64,000 nucleotides of DNA from Candidatus Latescibacterota bacterium. GTDB taxonomy: Bacteria > Latescibacterota > UBA2968 > GCA-2709665. The DNA is taken from the NCBI GenBank assembly GCA_965203805.1, contig OZ241917.1:1728001-1792000 (forward strand), in the 5' to 3' direction. The notes below the pieces were generated by a model. The model searched no databases and was not told where the DNA came from. It saw only the letters and a list, made by a program, of their open reading frames with translations. A program made the translations under genes and the position numbers. This document shows, piece after piece, positions 58,546-64,000 of this stretch (position 1 is its first letter; every line of letters begins with the position of its first letter).

Positions 58546-59889
58546 TCAAGGCTGCGCTTCGTGCCGCCGGCCTTCGTCGCTGATATCGGCGAGACGGCCG
58601 GTTACCCGGTCCGGACGCACGTCGGTCAGCCGCACAGGCACGATGGAATTCTTCGCGCCATCGGGACCCGGAGCGAAAACACGGATGTAATTGTCGGTCA
58701 CGCCCTGCAGATACCCTGTGCCCGGCTCGCGCCTGTCTTCGAAGAGCACGTGCAACGTCCGCCCCGAAAAACGACGGCAGAAGGCTTCTGTCTTTCGCGC
58801 GCCCAGCGTCCTGAGCAGCGCGCCTCGACGCTTCTTCACGGCAGCGTCCACCGCGCCGCCCATTCGCGCGGCAGACGTGCCGTTCCGCGGCGAAAAGGGA
58901 AACACGTGCAGGAACGCGAGGGGAACCTTGTCGATCAGGTCGTACGTGTTGGAGAACGCCTCATCGGTCTCGCCCGGAAACCCGACCATCACGTCCGCGC
59001 CGATGCCTATATCCGGCACCTTTTCCGCCAGTGTCTCGATCAGCGAGCGATAGCGCGACCGGGAATAAGGCCTGCGCATCGATCTCAGAATCCCGTCGTC
59101 TCCACTCTGGAGCGGTATATGCAGGTGTCTGCAGAATCTGGACGAGGCCGAAAAGAAATCGACCATCGCATCTGTAATGTACGACGCTTCGATCGAGCTC
59201 ACCCTGAACCGCTGGAGGCCCTTCATCTGCTCGATGGCTTCAAACAGGTCCAGCAATGCGGGTCCATCCAGGTCCGCGCCGTAGTCGCCAATGTGTACGC
59301 CTGCGAGGACGACCTCCTGGTAACCGGCATCAACAAGCCGCTGCACCTGATCGAGACAGCTCTGCAGACTGCGGCTGCGGCTCCGGCCCCTGGCAAACGG
59401 TATAATGCAGAATGAGCAGAACTCGTTGCAACCTTCCTGCACCTTCACGAACGCACGCGCCCTGCCGCCGAAGTTGAAGATATCCATTTCCTGAAACTCG
59501 GCGGTTCGACGCCGCGTCACGTAGCTTCGTCCGATGGAGCACGTATCGTTGATCAGGTCCAGCAGATGTGTCTTTTCCGCAGTACCTACGACGAGATCGA
59601 CTTCCGGCATTTCGATCAGCACGTCGGGATCGGTCTGCGCGTAACAGCCCATGGCCACGACCGTGCCTTCGGGCGAAATGCGATGCGCCCGGCGCAACAT
59701 TTGCCTGGACTGCGCAGCGCCTTGACCGGTCACCGCGCAGGTATTCACCACGGTCACGTCCGCCGAACGCCCAAACGCCACCTCCCGATACCCTTCGTGC
59801 GCGAACTGCTCACGGTACCATTCCGTATCGTAGGTATTCAATTTGCAGCCCAGGGTATAAAACGATACGGTTTTGTCGCTTCCGTTCAT
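58546..59889 (-). CDS. mtaB: tRNA t6A37 methylthiotransferase
   Basis: TLGCKLN, VNTCAVT, KVQEGCNEFCSFCIIP.ARG, HVFPFS, TDNYI. Confidence 0.92.
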   Translation of the reverse strand: MNGSDKTVSFYTLGCKLNTYDTEWYREQFAHEGYREVAFGRSADVTVVNTCAVTGQGAAQSRQMLRRAHRISPEGTVVAMGCYAQTDPDVLIEMPEVDLVVGTAEKTHLLDLINDTCSIGRSYVTRRRTAEFQEMDIFNFGGRARAFVKVQEGCNEFCSFCIIPFARGRSRSRSLQSCLDQVQRLVDAGYQEVVLAGVHIGDYGADLDGPALLDLFEAIEQMKGLQRFRVSSIEASYITDAMVDFFSASSRFCRHLHIPLQSGDDGILRSMRRPYSRSRYRSLIETLAEKVPDIGIGADVMVGFPGETDEAFSNTYDLIDKVPLAFLHVFPFSPRNGTSAARMGGAVDAAVKKRRGALLRTLGARKTEAFCRRFSGRTLHVLFEDRREPGTGYLQGVTDNYIRVFAPGPDGAKNSIVPVRLTDVRPDRVTGRLADISDEGRRHEAQP

Positions 59890-59984
59890 CTTACCCGTTC
59901 CTCGCATTCGCCTCGCGGCTTCGCCTGTCGAGACGCCCTCACCGGCGGTATACGCCAAACGCAGGAAACCCATTCTCATCCATA

Positions 59985-60016
59985 CAACAAAGAGTTGAGG
60001 ACAACTCCCCAACTCT
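59985..60016 (-). terminator. Probable terminator after rpsA
   Basis: Minus-strand AGAGTTGGGGA-gttg-TCCTCAACTCT stem followed by a T-rich tract. Confidence 0.55.
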
Positions 60017-60047
60017 CTGTCTGCAACGTACCGGTTTTCCCGGAATC

Positions 60048-61982
60048 CTAAGCGTCCGAATTCGACCCGGCCTCCGTATTGTCGGTCGTATCGGAAGCCT
60101 TCGCGGCCGGCGGGTCGCCTTCGCCTGAATCCTCATTGGCAGACCCTGCTTCCGCCCCATCGGCGGTTGCTTCCGCAGCGGCTTCGGCGGGCGCCGCAGC
60201 GGCGGCTTCGGGTTTCGCAACCGGAGTGGCGTCTTTGGAATCATCGGCGGCGCCTACCACGTCACCCACCGTGACCGGCTTCGGCTGGTGGCCTTCTATA
60301 TATGCGTCGATCTCAGCCTGTTCGGCGTCGCGCAGGTATTCCTTCACGCTCAGTACGATCTTGCGCTGCTCTTCATCGAACTCAACCACCTTGAGCGGCA
60401 GTTCGTCCTGTTCTGAAAAGTGGGTCTGGGGCGTCTGCAGATCCGACAAGCCCAACTGCGAAACCGGGATGAAGCCCTCGACGTCGCCGTCCAGGTCGAC
60501 CACGACCCCGCGTTCCAGCAACCGGGATATCCGACCTGCTGTCGTTTTACCCACCGCGTATTGAACGGCCAGTTCAGACCAGGGGTTTTCGATGGTCTGC
60601 TTGTGACCCAGTGAAATGCGTCGACGTTTCTTGTCTATATTGAGCACCACCACGTCGACGTGCTCTCCCTTCTTGACAACGTCGCTGGGATGCCGCACAC
60701 GCCGCGTCCACGACATATCTGAAATATGGACCAGACCGTCGATGCCCTCTTCGATCTCGACAAACGCGCCGAAATTGACCAGGTTGCGCACCAGGCCCGT
60801 AAGGCGTGTGCCCACGGGGTATTTTTCGTCCAGCGAAAGCCAGGGGTCGTCCGTTGTCTGCTTCAGGCCAAGCGAAATCTTCTGGCCCTCTTTGTCCACG
60901 TTCAGAATGACAACCTTCACCTGATCGCCAATTGAAACGAGCTTGGACGGATGCCGGATATGCTGCGTCCAGGACATCTCCGAAATGTGGACCAGCCCCT
61001 CTACGCCCTGTTCCAATTCCACAAACGCACCGTAGTCCGTGATGCTCACCACTTTGCCGTCCACCCGGTTCCCCACTGGGTACTTTTCCTCGATATTTTC
61101 CCAGGGATGCGGGGTAAGTTGCTTCATGCCCAGAGAGATCCGTTCGCGCTCCTCGTCGTAATTGAGCACTTTCACCTGTACATTGTCGCCGATGGACAAG
61201 ACCTCCGAAGGATGTCCGATCCGGCCCCAGGAAATGTCCGTAATGTGCAAGAGACCGTCCAGACCACCCAGGTCGATGAACGCGCCGAAATCCGTAATGT
61301 TCTTCACTGCGCCTTCGCGCACCTGGCCGACTTCCAACGTCTGGAGAATCTGTTTGCGCAAGCGCTCCCGTTCGGCTTCCAGCACGACGCGCCTGGAAAC
61401 GACGATATTGCGCCGGTTCTTGTTGAGCTTGATGATTCGAAAGGGAAAAACCTCTCCGATGAATTGATCGAAATTCTTCACCTGTTTGATATCGATCTGA
61501 GATCCGGGCAGAAAAGCGTCCACTCCGAACAGATCCACAACGATACCGCCCTTTATGCGCCGCACCAGCCGGCCCTCGACGATCTGATCGCTGTCGTACG
61601 CGTCTTTTATGCGGTCCCATACCCGCATAAAATCTGCCTTTTGTTTGGACAGCACAATCTGACCTTCCTGGTCTTCCACATCTTCGAGATACACTTCGAC
61701 TTCCTGACCCACCTCCACTTCCGACGGGTCGGCGAACTCGGAAAGCGGTATGGCGCCTTCGGACTTGAAACCGATATCGACAACGACGGAATTCTCCGCC
61801 ACGTCCAGGACGGTTCCGGCGACGATTTCGCCCTCGGTAATATTGCTCATCGTATCTTCATACAAACTCATCATCGAGGCGAATTCCTCTTCCGAGTATT
61901 CGCGCTCGTCCAACGCCTCCAGTGCTTCCTCGGTCGAGGGCTGGGTAACGGCCTGGGCTGCGGTGTTGTTTTCTTCCGACAT
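60048..61982 (-). CDS. rpsA: 30S ribosomal protein S1
   Basis: DIGFKSEG, AFLPGSQID, repeated FGAFV..GLxHIS S1 domains; GGAGG RBS. Confidence 0.98.
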   Translation of the reverse strand: MSEENNTAAQAVTQPSTEEALEALDEREYSEEEFASMMSLYEDTMSNITEGEIVAGTVLDVAENSVVVDIGFKSEGAIPLSEFADPSEVEVGQEVEVYLEDVEDQEGQIVLSKQKADFMRVWDRIKDAYDSDQIVEGRLVRRIKGGIVVDLFGVDAFLPGSQIDIKQVKNFDQFIGEVFPFRIIKLNKNRRNIVVSRRVVLEAERERLRKQILQTLEVGQVREGAVKNITDFGAFIDLGGLDGLLHITDISWGRIGHPSEVLSIGDNVQVKVLNYDEERERISLGMKQLTPHPWENIEEKYPVGNRVDGKVVSITDYGAFVELEQGVEGLVHISEMSWTQHIRHPSKLVSIGDQVKVVILNVDKEGQKISLGLKQTTDDPWLSLDEKYPVGTRLTGLVRNLVNFGAFVEIEEGIDGLVHISDMSWTRRVRHPSDVVKKGEHVDVVVLNIDKKRRRISLGHKQTIENPWSELAVQYAVGKTTAGRISRLLERGVVVDLDGDVEGFIPVSQLGLSDLQTPQTHFSEQDELPLKVVEFDEEQRKIVLSVKEYLRDAEQAEIDAYIEGHQPKPVTVGDVVGAADDSKDATPVAKPEAAAAAPAEAAAEATADGAEAGSANEDSGEGDPPAAKASDTTDNTEAGSNSDA

Positions 61983-62086
61983 GTTACAGCGACCTCCTTG
62001 GCCGATTCGCATCAGACTGGCGCACCGGATATGCAACTCGGCGAAAAAATACGGGAAAAAGCGGAGACCCGGGCTCCACAGGAATC

Positions 62087-62770
62087 TTACCGGCGTTCAT
62101 GCAGGGATTCCGTCGCGGGCGGGCCGGTATTCCGCCCGCGCGGCCTCAGGTTGCCTATGCTGAGCATCACCTCGCTGCTTATGGAGTGGTAGGCGGCACG
62201 CCGCCTGGCGGGCAATCCGGAAGGTGTCACTTGTATCGGTTTACCGAACCGAACTGTCACGTGGTTCAGACCGATCAGGCTCGCCCAGATGTTGACCGTA
62301 CCTGAAACAAAGACGGGAACCACCGGAACCCGCGCACGGTAAGCCAGCATGCCGACGCCGTCTTTGGGCGGCCTCAGCGTGGACGTCTTGTTACGCGTGC
62401 CCTCCGGCGAAAGAAACATCGCGCCGCCGGCTTTCAGACACCCTTCGATACTCCGCAACGCGCCGCGGTCTCCACGAGACCGGTCGATCGGCAGCGCGTT
62501 CAGCTTCCGAATCAGCCAGCCGACAATCGGAACGGGGAATGCTTCCTGCTTGGTAACATACGAAAGTTCCCGGCACGCCGCAACCCCGATAAATACGGGA
62601 TCTGCGAAGGAGGCGTGGTTGCTGGCCAGGATGACGCCGCCACTGCGTGGCACGAAATGACATCCGGCGACGCGCAGCCGGAACAGGCAACTGCATAAGC
62701 CGACGCCCAGAGCCCATATGAATCGGTAAAAGTGATTGCCACGACGGCCGGTGTAGATGTCTGTCCGCAT
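62087..62770 (-). CDS. plsC: 1-acyl-sn-glycerol-3-phosphate acyltransferase
   Basis: NHASFAD, SPEGTR, VPVVPV. Confidence 0.9.
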   Translation of the reverse strand: MRTDIYTGRRGNHFYRFIWALGVGLCSCLFRLRVAGCHFVPRSGGVILASNHASFADPVFIGVAACRELSYVTKQEAFPVPIVGWLIRKLNALPIDRSRGDRGALRSIEGCLKAGGAMFLSPEGTRNKTSTLRPPKDGVGMLAYRARVPVVPVFVSGTVNIWASLIGLNHVTVRFGKPIQVTPSGLPARRRAAYHSISSEVMLSIGNLRPRGRNTGPPATESLHERR

Positions 62771-62795
62771 TGGGGACCCGTGGCTCTTTCTTTGA

Positions 62796-63476
62796 TTATT
62801 GTCCGCAACCACGGGCAAGTTCCACCACACGGGTTGCCTGTGCTTCGATACTCAAGCCGGTGGTATCCACCGTGATTGCATCCGACGCCGGCCAGGGTCC
62901 AGATCGCCTCTGGGTGGCCCTGTCGCGCGCGTCTCGTTCCCGGATCTGTCCCTTCAATTCGACCAGGTCTGTTGTGACGCCGCCATCGAGCAACTCTCGT
63001 TGTCGCCGCCGCGCCCGCTCGGCCACGTCGGCCACCAGGAATATCTTCAGTTCGGCATCCGGAAAAACCGCGGTGCCCGTATCCCGGCCCTCCAGTACGA
63101 TACCGCCCTCGAGCCCCAACTCCTGCTGGCGAGCAACGAGTATCTTCCGGACTTCGGGATGCACGGCCACCCGGGAGGCGGCATCGGAAACATCCGCCGA
63201 ACGGATCTCTCCGGTCACATCCTCGCCGTCGATCAGAACCCGCTGGCCACCGTCCTCCAGGCGAAAACCAAAATCCACCGCGGCGGCGGTCTCGGCGGCC
63301 GCGGCTGCATCGTCAGGGCTGAGGCCGATACGAATCAGGGCCCAACCCAGCGCGCGGTACATGGCGCCGGTATCCAGATAAAGATATCCGAGCCTGTTGG
63401 CGACACATCGCGCCGTCGTGCTCTTGCCCGACCCCGCGGGACCGTCGATGGCGATCACGATACCCCTGTTGCCCAT
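62796..63476 (-). CDS. cmk: Cytidylate kinase
   Basis: IAIDGPAGSGKST, DTGAMYR, EGRDTGTAVFPDA. Confidence 0.96.
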   Translation of the reverse strand: MGNRGIVIAIDGPAGSGKSTTARCVANRLGYLYLDTGAMYRALGWALIRIGLSPDDAAAAAETAAAVDFGFRLEDGGQRVLIDGEDVTGEIRSADVSDAASRVAVHPEVRKILVARQQELGLEGGIVLEGRDTGTAVFPDAELKIFLVADVAERARRRQRELLDGGVTTDLVELKGQIRERDARDRATQRRSGPWPASDAITVDTTGLSIEAQATRVVELARGCGQ

Positions 63477-63498
63477 AGCAACCCTTCACCCCCGATCG

Positions 63499-64000
63499 CT
63501 ACCCTCCATCCTTGTCTACGCCGCGCTCATCCGGTACCGCGTCTCCGCCGGGGTCCGACATCGTCCCGGACGGGTCACGGGAGCCCTCATCCGGATTCCC
63601 CGCCTCCCCCTCGGGCCGGCCCATCGCCTGCAGGAAACCGCCCGGCGATGACACCGCCGCCGCCCGCTCGTCCAGCAATTCATCCAACTCCCGGACCTTC
63701 GGCAAATCCGACAGCGTCTTCAATCCGAAGTGCTTCAAAAAGTCCCGCGTCGTCCCGTAAAGCAGCGGACGTCCGGGGGCATCCGAGCGACCGGCGATGC
63801 GGATCAATCCCTTCTCGAGCAGGTGCCGCACCACCCCGTCCACCGACACTCCCCGAATGTGTTCCACTTCGGCCTTCATGACCGGTTGTTTGAACACGAT
63901 AATGGCGAGCGTTTCCAGGGCTGCCGACGAAAGCCGGACCGGCGCCTTGTCTTTTAAGAGCCGCCGGACCCAGACGCCGTATTCCGAATGCACCGTGAAC
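63499..64000 (-). CDS. scpB: Segregation and condensation protein B (5' end outside window)
   Basis: LSSAALETLAII...IRGV...PGRPLLYGTT..FL..FGL..L.DLP. Confidence 0.95.
   Translation of the reverse strand, partial: FTVHSEYGVWVRRLLKDKAPVRLSSAALETLAIIVFKQPVMKAEVEHIRGVSVDGVVRHLLEKGLIRIAGRSDAPGRPLLYGTTRDFLKHFGLKTLSDLPKVRELDELLDERAAAVSSPGGFLQAMGRPEGEAGNPDEGSRDPSGTMSDPGGDAVPDERGVDKDGG

Overview
GC-rich bacterial chromosome segment. An FCB-group organism such as a Latescibacterota relative is inferred from an RpoD-family sigma factor lacking region 1.1, a DxNGDxxVxFxDF tag domain and a 6-domain S1; this is not proven. The backbone carries housekeeping genes (scpB-cmk-plsC-rpsA-mtaB-mutS, rel, lepB, gcvPA/PB, ferritin) and many catabolic enzymes (Gfo/Idh/MocA, aldo/keto reductase, amidase, NAD-dependent epimerases, DHDPS-like, creatininase-like, PLP racemase-like). 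Accessory DNA includes: (i) an intact IS1380 with a TTAGA target duplication; (ii) a leaderless HigBA-type toxin-antitoxin pair; (iii) a tightly coupled six-gene minus-strand operon (Upf1-like SF1 helicase, two unknown proteins, then the TerY vWA / PP2C / Ser-Thr kinase triad), which is the best candidate for an undescribed defence system; (iv) a roughly 6 kb AT-richer island with a truncated higB, an IS1595 remnant, a hairpin-dense non-coding stretch, a disrupted secreted metallopeptidase and a BamHI-like restriction-modification system with an RHH regulator; and (v) two families of short intergenic repeats, one showing nested self-insertion. All calls come from motif reading by eye; no database searches were run.
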